Source of the DNA: Candidatus Bathyarchaeota archaeon
GTDB taxonomy: Archaea > Thermoproteota > Bathyarchaeia > 40CM-2-53-6
Assembly (NCBI GenBank): GCA_005888635.1
Contig: VBAW01000017.1
Coordinates: 4,537-68,536 of the forward strand
Length of the DNA: 64,000 nt
Reading direction: 5' to 3'
Below the pieces are notes generated by a model. The model was not told the origin of the DNA. It made no database searches and worked only from the letters and a program-made list of their open reading frames with translations. A program made the translations under genes and the position numbers. Below are positions 54,483 through 64,000 of the stretch, one piece after another. Position 1 is the stretch's first letter. Each line of letters starts with the position of its first letter.

Positions 54483-56066
54483 CTAGATTTCTAGACGAAC
54501 TCTGTACTCACCAAATCTGCTTCTGAAAAGGTCGCTGATTTCCCCGACCGTACATTCAGACCGCACCGCTCTCAAAATGTCATCGACCAAGTTAGAATCC
54601 CCAGAAGCCGCACTACCAAGTCTTGACAGAGCGCTGTTCACCTTCGCTTTGCTTCTTGAATTCTTGAACTTCCTCAGTTGTTGAATCTGTCGTCTCTCCA
54701 CGCTTGGGCTAATTCGCTGAATGTTCACATCTTTCTGATCCCTTTCTTCGAACCGGTTTACTCCGACAATTACAGTCTGACCCTCATCCACGGATCGCTG
54801 AAACTTGTAGGCGCTTTCTTGAATCTGTCTGTGGACAAAGCCGGATTCGATAGCCTTCCTCGCTCCTCCAAGCTGTTGGACTCTTTTGATGAGATCTGTG
54901 ACTTTGGTTTCGATCGTTCTTGTCAAGGATTCCAGATAGTAACTTCCCCCTAGCGGATCCGCCGTGCGGCTCACACCAGATTCGTACGCGATAATCTGCT
55001 GAGTCCGTAGCGCGATTTTAACAGAATCCTCCGTGGGAAGACCCAGAGCCTCGTCACGGGAGTTTGTATGAAGCGACTGGGAGCCTCCGAGAACGGCCGC
55101 TAGTGCCTGGATCGAGACTCGAGCAATGTTATTGTCGGGTTGTTGGGCGGTCAGAGTCTCGCCGCTCGTCTGAGCATGAAATCGGAGTTTGCAAGATTCA
55201 GGGTCGTGAGCTTTGAAACGTAGTCGCATTATGCTCGCCCAGATTTTTCGGGCTGCTCTGAACTTTGCGATCTCTTCTAGAAAGTCGTTTCGACATGCGA
55301 AGAAGAATGAAAGCTGAGAAGCAAAGTCATCGATCTTGAGACCGCGAGCTAGCACGGCCTCTACGTATTCAATCGCATTTGAGAAACAGAACGCAAGTTC
55401 CTGAATGGCGTCTGCTCCAGACTCACGAATGTGATAGCCACTGATACTGATGGGATGCCAATGAGGCATCTTCCGAGCAGAATATTCTATGAGATCGACC
55501 GCCAGTCTCAGAGAAAACTCCGGCGGATAGATGTAGGTATTCCGGGCAATGTACTCCTTCAGAATATCATTCTGGGTAGTTCCACGCAACTGCCTCTGCG
55601 GGACCCGTTGCTCCAGTCCAGCCGCAGCATACAAGCAGAGCAGAATCGGAGCGGTAGAATTGATTGTCATGCTAGTGCTGATCTTTCCGAGATCGATTCC
55701 ATCGAACAACCGTCTCATATCGTCGATACTGCTGACAGCGACTCCGACCTTGCCCACTTCCCCATGCGCTCTTGGATGATCAGAGTCAAGGCCGAGCTGC
55801 GTTGGAAGATCGAAGGCAGTGCTAAGTCCAGTCTCTCCATGAGAGATCAGATACTTGAATCGCCGGTTGGTTTCGCTGGCTGAACCGAATCCAGTGTACT
55901 GTCTCATCGTCCAAAGTCGGTCCCGGTACATGCTCGGGTAGATTCCTCTAGCATAAGGGAACTCTCCAGGCTTTCCGAGGGAACGAACCATTCCCCTAGA
56001 AACGTCTCTGTTGTCGTACGATGTCTTGACAGGTATTCCTGAGTCTGTGGTGATGCGATCAGGCAT
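54483..56066 (-). CDS. Methylmalonyl-CoA mutase, large (substrate-binding TIM-barrel) subunit
   Basis: 527 aa. RQYTGF and YIARNTYIYPP carry the Tyr/Arg pair characteristic of methylmalonyl-CoA mutase. It has no C-terminal B12-binding domain. Confidence 0.9.
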   Translation of the reverse strand: MPDRITTDSGIPVKTSYDNRDVSRGMVRSLGKPGEFPYARGIYPSMYRDRLWTMRQYTGFGSASETNRRFKYLISHGETGLSTAFDLPTQLGLDSDHPRAHGEVGKVGVAVSSIDDMRRLFDGIDLGKISTSMTINSTAPILLCLYAAAGLEQRVPQRQLRGTTQNDILKEYIARNTYIYPPEFSLRLAVDLIEYSARKMPHWHPISISGYHIRESGADAIQELAFCFSNAIEYVEAVLARGLKIDDFASQLSFFFACRNDFLEEIAKFRAARKIWASIMRLRFKAHDPESCKLRFHAQTSGETLTAQQPDNNIARVSIQALAAVLGGSQSLHTNSRDEALGLPTEDSVKIALRTQQIIAYESGVSRTADPLGGSYYLESLTRTIETKVTDLIKRVQQLGGARKAIESGFVHRQIQESAYKFQRSVDEGQTVIVGVNRFEERDQKDVNIQRISPSVERRQIQQLRKFKNSRSKAKVNSALSRLGSAASGDSNLVDDILRAVRSECTVGEISDLFRSRFGEYRVRLEI

Positions 56067-57057
56067 TTTCTGACACGTCTAATCTTGCGATGGCCTTCAC
56101 GAGTTTTGACGCTGCTGTCTCAGGGTCCAGTTCTTTCTTCGCAACTTGGCCGAGTAGATGCTGCCATGACTTTTCTTGCTTGAGACGGGTGACTGTCTCG
56201 GTGTAAAAGTCTGAAAACGCAGCTTCGATGAGTTCAGACTCAAGTCGCTTATTCCTCCTCTCTTCTCTTATGCCGTGATCATCTAAGAATTTCTGGAATT
56301 TTTCGATGCTGTCCACTAGCGAGGGCACTCCTGTTCCTTCGATTGCTACTGTCTTTAGCACAGGCGGTCTCCATCCGTTCTTTTCCTGTAGCCCGCTGGC
56401 GACATTGAACATTGTCTTCGATGGGTTGGTTATGTCTGCCTTGTTGACGACGAAAATGTCGCCGATCTCGTTAAAGCCTGCTTTGAACGCTTGAACTTCG
56501 TCCCCGAGCTGTGGCATTACAACGACCACGGTCGCGTCTACGGCGCTGGCGACTTGGACTTCGGTCTGGCCAGCTCCGACGGTCTCTACTATTACTATGT
56601 CCATTCCGGCCGCATCGAGGACCCTGATCGTGTTTATTGCGGCGCGAGCGAGGCCGCCGACATCGCCGCGAGATGCCATGCTGCGAATGTAAACTTCTCT
56701 TTCGAGGCTATGATCCATCATGCGTATCCTGTCGCCTAACAGTGCACCTCCTGTGTAGGGACTGGAGGGGTCTATGGCTAACACGCCCACTTTTCGTCCT
56801 CTCCTGCGGAATTCTTGGATCGTCTTGTCGACGAGAGTGCTTTTGCCCGTCCCTGTAGGACCAGTTATGCCGACTGTGAAGGCTTTTCCTGTACGTGGAT
56901 ACAGCTCGTGAATGAGTCGGCGACGACCGATTCCTCCAGATTCAACAATCGAAATGGCCTTAGCGAGGGCCCTGTGATCGCCCTTCAATACTCTCGAGGC
57001 TAGATCACTGACCAAGCTAGAGCCCTGATTGCCGGTTCGCTCTGGAACGTATTTCAA
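56059..57057 (-). CDS. meaB: Methylmalonyl-CoA mutase-associated G-protein chaperone (MeaB/ArgK)
   Basis: P-loop GITGPTGTGKSTL, then VIVETVGAGQ and VVNKAD. It overlaps the downstream mutase gene by 8 nt. Confidence 0.9.
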   Translation of the reverse strand: MKYVPERTGNQGSSLVSDLASRVLKGDHRALAKAISIVESGGIGRRRLIHELYPRTGKAFTVGITGPTGTGKSTLVDKTIQEFRRRGRKVGVLAIDPSSPYTGGALLGDRIRMMDHSLEREVYIRSMASRGDVGGLARAAINTIRVLDAAGMDIVIVETVGAGQTEVQVASAVDATVVVVMPQLGDEVQAFKAGFNEIGDIFVVNKADITNPSKTMFNVASGLQEKNGWRPPVLKTVAIEGTGVPSLVDSIEKFQKFLDDHGIREERRNKRLESELIEAAFSDFYTETVTRLKQEKSWQHLLGQVAKKELDPETAASKLVKAIARLDVSENA

Positions 57058-57123
57058 CGTTCAGAAGACGGTCCCGTGGAGATAATGGAGAAATAGGAAA
57101 ATCCGGCCCGTTATGGATGTATT

Positions 57124-58881
57124 GTGACTATTTTGGCAAAGGGCTACTGGAAGAAAGTTCTCGACGATATCAAGAGGCAGCGGAAGGCTAAGCCTTCAAC
57201 CTTCAACGCGAAATATCTCGCCAAGCTGAAGCGCCAAGAAGCGGAATGGCAGGCAAAGACTCTCAAACAGTGGACGAAGGACAGCCCGGAGCGGAAGCAG
57301 GAGTTCAGGAACCCTTCCAACATTCCGATCAAACGAGTCTACACTCCAAGAGACGTCGCGTACCAGGACGAGTCTCGCGACGCTGGTCTTCCAGGCGAGT
57401 ATCCTTACCTCCGAGGGGTCTATCCTACGCTGTACAGAGGGCGGCTCTGGACCATGCGAATGTTCTCAGGCTTCGGCACTCCAGAGGACACGAACAAGCG
57501 GCTCCACTATCTCCTAGAACACGGTGAAACAGGATTGAGCATAGCTTTCGACATGCCGACATTGTATGGATATGATCCTGATCATGAACGGGCAGAGGGG
57601 GAGGTGGGACGATGCGGCGTCTCAGTTGGTTCGCTGAAGGACATGGAGATCATTCTGGAAGGAATCCCGTTGGAAAAGGTGAGTACGAGCATGACGATCA
57701 ACGCACCTGCCTCCGTCTTGACCGCGATGTATGTTGGTGTCGCGGAGAGACAGGGATTGAAGCCGAACGAGTTGAGAGGGACCGTCCAGGCGGACATTCT
57801 CAAAGAGTATATTGCGCAGAAAGAGTGGGCGTTCCCTCCAGAAGCGCATCTCCGAATCATCCGTGACATGATGGTCTACTGCAGCAAGGAGATGCCGCAG
57901 TGGAACTACATCAGCATCAGTGGCTATCACATTCGCGAGGCTGGATCTAGCGCCGTCCAAGAACTAGCGTTTACACTCGCGGACGGCTTCGCGTATGTTG
58001 ATCTTGGAATCGAATCTGGTTTGAAAGTGGATGATTTCGCACCGCGATTGTCTTTCTTCTGGAACTGTGGAATGGACTTCTTCGAAGAGATCGCAAAATT
58101 CAGGGCGGCAAGAAGAATCTGGGCACGCGTTATGAGAGAGAAATACAAAGCAAAAGACCCCCGATCCTTGCTGTTGAGGACACACGCTCAGAACTCTGGT
58201 GCGTCACTAACTTGGCAACAGCCACTGAACAATATTGTTCGGACTACAATCGAAGCGCTAGCCACAGTCCTCGGCGGGACGCAGTCTCTTCATACAAACT
58301 CCTACGATGAAGCGTGGGCTCTTCCTTCAGAACAGGCAGCTACCGTCGCACTGAGAACCCAACAGATCATCGCGGAAGAGACAGGCGTCACGGACACAAT
58401 CGATCCGCTTGGCGGTTCGTACTACCTGGAATGGCTTACTGATGAGATGGAGGAAAAAGCGTTCGAGTATTTTGACAAGATCGAACGTGTAGGAGGGTTG
58501 CTGAACGCGATCAAGACCGGATTCTTGCAGCGCGAGATTGCAGAGACAGCCTACCGTTACCAGCAGGAACTTGAGCGGGACGAGAGGGTCGTGGTTGGTG
58601 TGAACAAGTATCAGGTCGATGAGAAACAGCCAATCGATACCCTGAAGATCAACGAGGAGGCTCAGAGGCGACAGATCGAGCGGATAGTCCGGGTCCGAGA
58701 CACAAGGGACAATGCAAAGGTTCGGGAAGCATTGGACGAGTTGCGCAAGACGTTCGAGGACGAGAAGTCCAATTCCATGTACCCCATCATCAAAGCGGTC
58801 CGAGCCTACGCAACGCTAGGCGAGATCATGGATGTCGGTCGGAAGGTCTTCGGAGACTACAAGGAGCCTCCAATCCTCTAA
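57124..58881 (+). CDS. Acyl-CoA mutase large subunit, isobutyryl-CoA-mutase-like
   Basis: 585 aa. RMFSGF, AFDMPTL and [11 protein letters not shown] carry the Phe/Gln pair that I recall as diagnostic of IcmA, in contrast to Tyr/Arg in MCM. It is divergent from meaB. Confidence 0.8.
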   Translation: MTILAKGYWKKVLDDIKRQRKAKPSTFNAKYLAKLKRQEAEWQAKTLKQWTKDSPERKQEFRNPSNIPIKRVYTPRDVAYQDESRDAGLPGEYPYLRGVYPTLYRGRLWTMRMFSGFGTPEDTNKRLHYLLEHGETGLSIAFDMPTLYGYDPDHERAEGEVGRCGVSVGSLKDMEIILEGIPLEKVSTSMTINAPASVLTAMYVGVAERQGLKPNELRGTVQADILKEYIAQKEWAFPPEAHLRIIRDMMVYCSKEMPQWNYISISGYHIREAGSSAVQELAFTLADGFAYVDLGIESGLKVDDFAPRLSFFWNCGMDFFEEIAKFRAARRIWARVMREKYKAKDPRSLLLRTHAQNSGASLTWQQPLNNIVRTTIEALATVLGGTQSLHTNSYDEAWALPSEQAATVALRTQQIIAEETGVTDTIDPLGGSYYLEWLTDEMEEKAFEYFDKIERVGGLLNAIKTGFLQREIAETAYRYQQELERDERVVVGVNKYQVDEKQPIDTLKINEEAQRRQIERIVRVRDTRDNAKVREALDELRKTFEDEKSNSMYPIIKAVRAYATLGEIMDVGRKVFGDYKEPPIL

Positions 58882-58920
58882 CCAGCAAAATCATCCCTAG
58901 AGACGACCGGAACCAGGCAT

Positions 58921-59501
58921 ATGGAAACTGAGAACGCTTACTCCTCTAAAGAGCTGAGCCCTACTACCTGGCCAGACTTCGAAGCGTTATTCGCAAAACA
59001 CAACGGTGTCTGGGGAGGCTGCTGGTGCATGTTCTACCATACAAAAGGAAAGTTTCTCATCAAAGGCCAAGGTCCAGATAACAAGAAGGCAAAGAAAGCT
59101 CTTGTAAAGAAACGACGAACACACGGCATAATCGTCTATTCCAACAATACTCCCGTTGGCTGGGTCCAGTACGGTCCGAAACCGGAACTCCCACGACTGG
59201 ACGCTAGCAAAACCTACCAGAGTTTGAGTCTCGGCAATGGAGGAAAGAAACTCTGGCGGATTACCTGTTTCTTCGTTGATAGAAACAATCGACGGAAAGG
59301 CGTAGCCGGATTCGGCCTGAACACAGCTCTCGCCTCCATCAAGAAGAAAGGCGGAGGCGTAATCGAGCGTACCCGTCGACTAAACCTAATCGCGGAGCGA
59401 GCTTGATGTGGTCCGGGACTGTGAAGATGTTCGAAGAGGCCGGATTCGGTGTGACTTCACGACTAGGCAAATCTAGCGTCGTTATGAGAAAGGCTGTCTG
59501 A
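58921..59501 (+). pseudogene. GNAT-like acetyltransferase interrupted by a 1-nt frameshift
   Basis: The ORF 58921..59406 ends ...KKKGGGVIE RTRRLNLIAERA*. Shifting one nucleotide at about 59368 gives AYPSTKPNRGASLMWSGTVKMFEEAGFGVTSRLGKSSVVMRKAV*, with a stop at 59499-59501. This looks like the natural C-terminus of this family. Confidence 0.55.
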
Positions 59502-59514
59502 TGATGCAAGCTCT

Positions 59515-60081
59515 TTGACAACAAGGATCAGAAAATTTCAAGGGACCCCGAAACCGTGGAGAATTACAGGGTCCCGGAGACTAATTGATCTTGGAGAAGT
59601 GAAACTCTACCGTGATAAGATAGTATCCAAGTCCGGTTTTAGGACGAATCATCTGCGACTCTCACTCCACGACTTTTCGATCATCGTGCCGTTATTGGAT
59701 GACGATCGTCTTGTCTTCATCTGGAACTATCGCCATCCGATTCAGGGCTGGGAACTCGAACTACCCGCCGGATTAGTGGACGATGGGGAAGACCCGGAAT
59801 CCGGCGCGAAACGGGAACTGAAAGAGGAGACTGGTTACTCTGCGCGGTCTTGGAAGGATCTTGGCTGGCTTCACACTCTGCCGGGAATATCGTCCCAGCG
59901 AGCGCATGTTTTCTTGGCGCGACAGTTGAAGAAGGGTAGCGCGAGCCGGGAGCCTTACGAGTACATGAAGATCAAGATTCTGAAGACTAGAGAGGCGTAT
60001 CGTCTGTTGTGGACTGGGAAGATTATCCACTCTCCAACTGTCTCGGCGTTGGGATTGGCTGAGAAGATGATTCTAGGATAG
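59515..60081 (+). CDS. NUDIX hydrolase (ADP-ribose pyrophosphatase-like)
   Basis: Nudix box GLVDDGEDPESGAKRELKEETGY. The start is a TTG. Confidence 0.8.
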   Translation: MTTRIRKFQGTPKPWRITGSRRLIDLGEVKLYRDKIVSKSGFRTNHLRLSLHDFSIIVPLLDDDRLVFIWNYRHPIQGWELELPAGLVDDGEDPESGAKRELKEETGYSARSWKDLGWLHTLPGISSQRAHVFLARQLKKGSASREPYEYMKIKILKTREAYRLLWTGKIIHSPTVSALGLAEKMILG

Positions 60082-60123
60082 GATCAGAGGTATTCTCGGC
60101 GATTTTCCAGGGATTAAAGTGCG

Positions 60124-60825
60124 TTAGATCGCCGCTCCGCAGGTAAGACACTTCTTTGTGCCCATTGGAAGTGTGCTGTGACAATACGGACAAACCGGTG
60201 CCTTGCCGCCGCTGGAAGAACCAGAAGATGCGAGGGTCGATGAGACAGTGCTGGGCCCAGGAGTACTTGCTGATGATCCTTGTGAGATAGGCAGAAAAGT
60301 GACGTGCGGATCTGTCGCCGACGGTTGACCATAGCCGGCATTTGTCGCGATTTGGGGCTGATTTCCCTGAGGTCCCAGTGAATATGGCATCGTGTACGCA
60401 GGCGTGATTGGTAATCCGCCTTTTCCGAAGAAGGCTTTCACATGAGTCCTCGTCAGATAGTACAGCATCAGACCCCAGAAGATCAATCCGCCGACCCCAC
60501 CGGTGATTAGACCGATTGTCAGAGCGCCAATGGCCCCGAGCAGTGAGAGTATGCTGAAAATCATCCCGAGAGTCCAAGACCAACCCCTACCGTGAAGAAA
60601 CCCTACGCCGGTAGCGAGCCAGATGATGCTGAAGAAGAGAACGACTCCCCCGATGACCAAACCGATAGCTCCAACCAGAGGGCCCACTGTTGGTAAAGTC
60701 GCGAACAGAGCGGAGAAGCCGATAATCACAAGACTAGCTAAGAGCCCAACAATTCCCATCAGAATCTCCAAAACCGCTAGTATCGTAATTCCTACTGGTC
60801 GAGAGGGCTTCTGCGCCATAGGCAC
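60124..60825 (-). CDS. Polytopic membrane protein with a C-terminal Ser-rich linker and zinc ribbon
   Basis: 233 aa with about 4 TM helices, the conserved YYLTRTHVKAFFGKGG motif, and then a low-complexity linker ending CPYCHS...CLTCG. Confidence 0.6.
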   Translation of the reverse strand: MPMAQKPSRPVGITILAVLEILMGIVGLLASLVIIGFSALFATLPTVGPLVGAIGLVIGGVVLFFSIIWLATGVGFLHGRGWSWTLGMIFSILSLLGAIGALTIGLITGGVGGLIFWGLMLYYLTRTHVKAFFGKGGLPITPAYTMPYSLGPQGNQPQIATNAGYGQPSATDPHVTFLPISQGSSASTPGPSTVSSTLASSGSSSGGKAPVCPYCHSTLPMGTKKCLTCGAAI

Positions 60826-60978
60826 AATTCGAGAAATGACGCAGTGTTAAGGCGACTGTTACTGAATACCCAGTTTAGTTGGTCATCGGTCTACCGGAAG
60901 ATATCCGGGAAACTTATAGATTCGACAGCCGAATACGGCCGTACGGCAGCTAGGCCAACGAGTAGCTCCAGCATTGGC

Positions 60979-61470
60979 TCATCCCTGCGTGGGCATTGGG
61001 GAAGCAATCGTCGAACCTCCTTTGCCAAAGAAGACCTTGACGTGTGGCCTGGTAAGATAGTAAATTATCAATAGACCAATAACCAATCCGAAGGCATTGC
61101 TGTAGGCACCAAACGCAATCTGGATAATGTCAAGGACTACGCTGATGGCAGTAACGATGATTCCAACGGTCCAAGCCCAGCCCTTGCCTCCAAAGTATCC
61201 GATTCCTACAGCGAAGTACAATATTCCCAGAACAAGTACTACTGCACCGAGTGCCAGTAGGATTACAGCGATTGTTCCCGCACCAATGGAGGCTAGCCCG
61301 GAATAGCCAGCGTTTGAAAGAGCATTTGTGAAGGCCGAGCCCGCGTAGGTTCCAATTACAAGTCCAAGACCAATTGCAGCTACTCCAGCAAGGAGGAGTG
61401 CTATTCCTCCAAGTATCGCGAGAACTCCTAGAATTGTTACGCCGGTCGGTCTGCGAGGTTTCGGTTGCAT
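60979..61470 (-). CDS. Polytopic membrane protein, paralogue of 60124..60825 without the zinc ribbon
   Basis: 163 aa with the same architecture and the motif YYLTRPHVKVFFGKGG. The N-termini are also similar (RRPTGVTILGVLAILGGI versus SRPVGITILAVLEILMGI). Confidence 0.6.
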   Translation of the reverse strand: MQPKPRRPTGVTILGVLAILGGIALLLAGVAAIGLGLVIGTYAGSAFTNALSNAGYSGLASIGAGTIAVILLALGAVVLVLGILYFAVGIGYFGGKGWAWTVGIIVTAISVVLDIIQIAFGAYSNAFGLVIGLLIIYYLTRPHVKVFFGKGGSTIASPMPTQG

Positions 61471-61752
61471 GGAAACCGGTCTATTTTATCGTATATAACA
61501 CATTCGATAAAGTCGATTTTTTGAACGATTTCGAAGGAGGGTCCTAGAATTTTTCCCGGTTTCGGGCTACTGACGATAGGTTTTGTCGTTTTTATGCGGG
61601 TCAATTCAGCTTGATACGAAGACTGAGCTCAGGAGTCGTAGCGTAATTTGCTACCAAGAGAAGCTGGACGGCAAACGCGCACTGCAAAGTTGACTCAGAG
61701 AAATCTGGAAATTTCTTGCCCTGTAAGGAATAATCGGGAATAACCTAGCGGC

Positions 61753-62235
61753 TTAGACGGTCGCGCCGCAGCTGGGGCAACGCGTAGATCCAGCAGGAAT
61801 ACTTGCTCCACAGTTCTTACATGTCATTCCCATTGAACCCATTGCTTGCCCAGATCCCATTGAGCCCATGGGCATTGCTCCCATCGGCTGGGAGGGCATC
61901 ATGGCGGGACCCATCGACGGTTTGTAAACCAACGCCAAGATCGCACCAATAAACGCCAACAAAGAGCCTATTCCGAAGCCCCAAGCAGAGGGGAAAGCAA
62001 TTATCGAAAGGATGAGAATGATGACCCCCCACATAGTGTGACTTTGAGGCTTCTGATAGAGCATCACAGATCCTAGGATAACTATCAGTCCAAAAATTAC
62101 CCCTACGATACCAAAAATTGCCCCTATACCACCGAATAAGAAAGAGAAACCAACTGCAAGAGCGACTCCACCCAGAAGTATGAATATCCCACCGATCAAC
62201 GACAGAACGAATGCGGCCGTGGGTTTGTCCGACAA
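61753..62235 (-). CDS. Membrane protein (DUF4064-like) with a Met/Gly-rich linker and C-terminal zinc ribbon
   Basis: 160 aa with about 4 TM helices, then PSQPMGAMPMGSMGSGQAMGSMG, then CKNCG...CPSCG. Confidence 0.55.
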   Translation of the reverse strand: MSDKPTAAFVLSLIGGIFILLGGVALAVGFSFLFGGIGAIFGIVGVIFGLIVILGSVMLYQKPQSHTMWGVIILILSIIAFPSAWGFGIGSLLAFIGAILALVYKPSMGPAMMPSQPMGAMPMGSMGSGQAMGSMGMTCKNCGASIPAGSTRCPSCGATV

Positions 62236-62431
62236 ATCCAGTCCCGCTGAAACTCAAGCCAGAGAATATTTAACGCATTCGATACGGTGCAGTTTGGACG
62301 ATTTTCGTTGGATATCTGGGAATTCCTCCATTAACATGCTATCTGACACCGGGTTAGTGTGGTTTGGGTGGTTCAACGCTGACTTGAGCCGGAGAGGATG
62401 CTCCGTGGAATCTTGGAAATAATTGAGGTCC

Positions 62432-63829
62432 CTAAACTGACGGGTGTGCGACTGAGACTTGGAACGGAGGTTCCTTGATTCGCGTTCTAGCGATCAATAC
62501 AGCCGACCCGATGGTTGCTGCGGCAATTATTCCTAGAATCCCGTACATCCATGGTACCCGGCTGACCGACTTGGTGGTGGATTTTGATTGCGCCAGATTA
62601 TTGGATGATTGCCCAGCTCCCGTTGTTGTACCGCTCGTCCCTGGATTGTACCCGCTCCCCGAGCCTGAGTTTGATCCGGAGTTAGAACCCCGTCTTGGGC
62701 TCGTGCCAGGTCCTTGACCGTTCCCGGTACCTGTTCCTGAGCCGCTACCAGAACTTGATTCGGTGGGTGATTCAGAACCACTTGTCGGTGTTAGTCGCTG
62801 GCTTAGGTCGAGAGTTGTGCTGGTGAGCTTTAGGGAGGCCCGAACGTCGATCCCGAATTGCCTCATTACGGGTATAGGAGTAGCAGGACAAACAGTCAGG
62901 GCTGGAGCGGTAGTCGCTGAAGGGCTGCAGGGTGCTGGCGGGATGAATGTTTCCTCGCCGAATCCAAGGTGGATGTCAGCGCTTGCGGAGAGTAGAAGAT
63001 CGCTGGTCTGATCATAGTTGAAAGTAAGCGCGAATCTGAAGTTGTTGGTGATCGGAATCGTGGAAGCCATTGTCGTCATTGGGTCTGGAGGCAGAGGAGA
63101 TCCGATCCTAGGAAACGCTAAAGTCCACGCAGACCGAGTTCCAATGCTGCCACCAAGATCGAGACTCGTCGAGCCAGTCACACTGGTTGGAAAAACTAGA
63201 ACTGACACAGTGTCGTTTACTTTGAGCGGTCCGTTGACCCACCACATTGTGTGAGGGGGTTGACGCATCATCGTGACGTCTAAGCCCGGCATGGTCGAAC
63301 CCCGGCTAGCACCTGTTGGCATGGTGGCGCCTATGTTTGTCTGGGCCATCCGTAGAGCCTGGTCCATTTCTGGCTCGATGAACGGCAGGATAGTGGCTAT
63401 TCGGGTTGCTAGATCGATGGATTCGTTGAAGTTCCCGGTATGATGCGTGGCTGGAGTAATGGTTTCGCCACTCGATGTTGTTATGTCCCGAGTGACGTTA
63501 AGAGTGGCTGTGGTGGAGTTCAGATCAGTGACGATCCAGCCCAAGGTCCCGTTGATGTTGAGGCTCGGCGAGATCATTGCGATCATTGGGCAGACAATTC
63601 CGGCACTGAGGGTCGAACTCAGAACAGGTGCACAAGACTGAAGGAGTGAGACAGAAACGGATAGATTGTAACTGGTCTGACTACCCGCGTGAAGATCAGG
63701 CGCCGCATTCACTGGGACAGCGACCAGCAGAAGAAGCGTCAAAGCTCCGAGGGAGAGGCTAGTTAACCGCATGACTATCTGATATCGCACCTTAGACCTT
63801 ATCTCATAAAAAGGGTTAACGGTGTTCAT
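62432..63829 (-). CDS. Secreted or surface protein with a Ser/Gly/Thr-rich stalk and C-terminal TM anchor
   Basis: 465 aa with an N-terminal signal/anchor (LTSLSLGALTLLLLVAVPVNA), a ~330-aa domain, a GS-rich linker (SSSGSGSGTGTGNGQG...) and a C-terminal TM helix (ILGIIAAATIGSAVLIA). Confidence 0.6.
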   Translation of the reverse strand: MNTVNPFYEIRSKVRYQIVMRLTSLSLGALTLLLLVAVPVNAAPDLHAGSQTSYNLSVSVSLLQSCAPVLSSTLSAGIVCPMIAMISPSLNINGTLGWIVTDLNSTTATLNVTRDITTSSGETITPATHHTGNFNESIDLATRIATILPFIEPEMDQALRMAQTNIGATMPTGASRGSTMPGLDVTMMRQPPHTMWWVNGPLKVNDTVSVLVFPTSVTGSTSLDLGGSIGTRSAWTLAFPRIGSPLPPDPMTTMASTIPITNNFRFALTFNYDQTSDLLLSASADIHLGFGEETFIPPAPCSPSATTAPALTVCPATPIPVMRQFGIDVRASLKLTSTTLDLSQRLTPTSGSESPTESSSGSGSGTGTGNGQGPGTSPRRGSNSGSNSGSGSGYNPGTSGTTTGAGQSSNNLAQSKSTTKSVSRVPWMYGILGIIAAATIGSAVLIARTRIKEPPFQVSVAHPSV

Positions 63830-63940
63830 CCAATTTGATCGTCAAAATTCCTGAGGAAACGCGTAGACGAAAAAAGGGAGTTCTCGATAGTCCGCCTAAC
63901 TAGGCGTAGCTCGGGGTCCGAGCCCTTCGTCTGCGTTAGG

Positions 63941-64000
63941 TTACTTTTTGCTCCAGAGGCCTATGACGTTGCCGTGCGGATCTCCGATGGTGCCCCAGTA
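63941..64000 (-). CDS. 3' end of a VOC/glyoxalase-family gene (partial)
   Basis: The minus strand reads YWGTIGDPHGNVIGLWSKK followed by a stop. The DPxGN..l ending is typical of glyoxalase/bleomycin-resistance folds. Only 19 codons are in the window. Confidence 0.4.
   Translation of the reverse strand, partial: YWGTIGDPHGNVIGLWSKK

Noticed and set aside
62590-62780. Repetitive G/C/T-rich DNA that could be mistaken for a repeat array.
   Set aside because: It encodes the Ser/Gly/Thr-rich stalk of the surface protein 62432..63829. It is low-complexity coding sequence, not a structured repeat.

Overview
This window reads as an archaeal chromosomal segment of about 50% GC. The evidence is intron-containing tRNA genes, an EndA-type tRNA-splicing endonuclease homologue, a DUF996 membrane protein, a DUF35/thiolase/HMG-CoA-synthase gene set, and A/T-rich TATA-like boxes about 27-30 nt upstream of several genes. 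Most of the window is core and metabolic content. This includes class II fumarase, an FAH-family hydrolase, HisRS, MtnA, dCTP deaminase, an AlkA-like glycosylase, an MMPL transporter, three ABC modules, HMG-CoA synthase, an acyl-CoA dehydrogenase, TrkA/MscS/APC transporters, and a methylmalonyl-CoA mutase/MeaB locus with a second, isobutyryl-CoA-mutase-like paralogue. The strongest signal is in the RNA genes. All five tRNA genes I can find (Lys-UUU, Asp-GUC, Tyr-GUA, Arg-UCG and one unresolved) are interrupted. Four of them appear to carry several introns at non-canonical positions, with up to four in tRNA-Tyr (a 190-nt gene for a 74-nt mature RNA). The EndA homologue in the window appears to lack the catalytic Tyr and His. 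Other points worth a second look:
- An operon of two thiolase-fold proteins that both appear to lack the nucleophilic Cys, together with two DUF35 proteins.
- A small-ORF region rich in ribbon-helix-helix (RHH) proteins around tRNA-Tyr, flanked by two paralogous RHH-domain proteins.
- Several membrane or secreted proteins that end in a zinc ribbon.
- A PLD-family nuclease with an unknown N-terminal domain.
- Two disrupted genes.

I saw no rRNA, CRISPR array, transposase or integrase. All domain calls come from motif recognition by eye, with no database search, and the exact intron boundaries are inferences.
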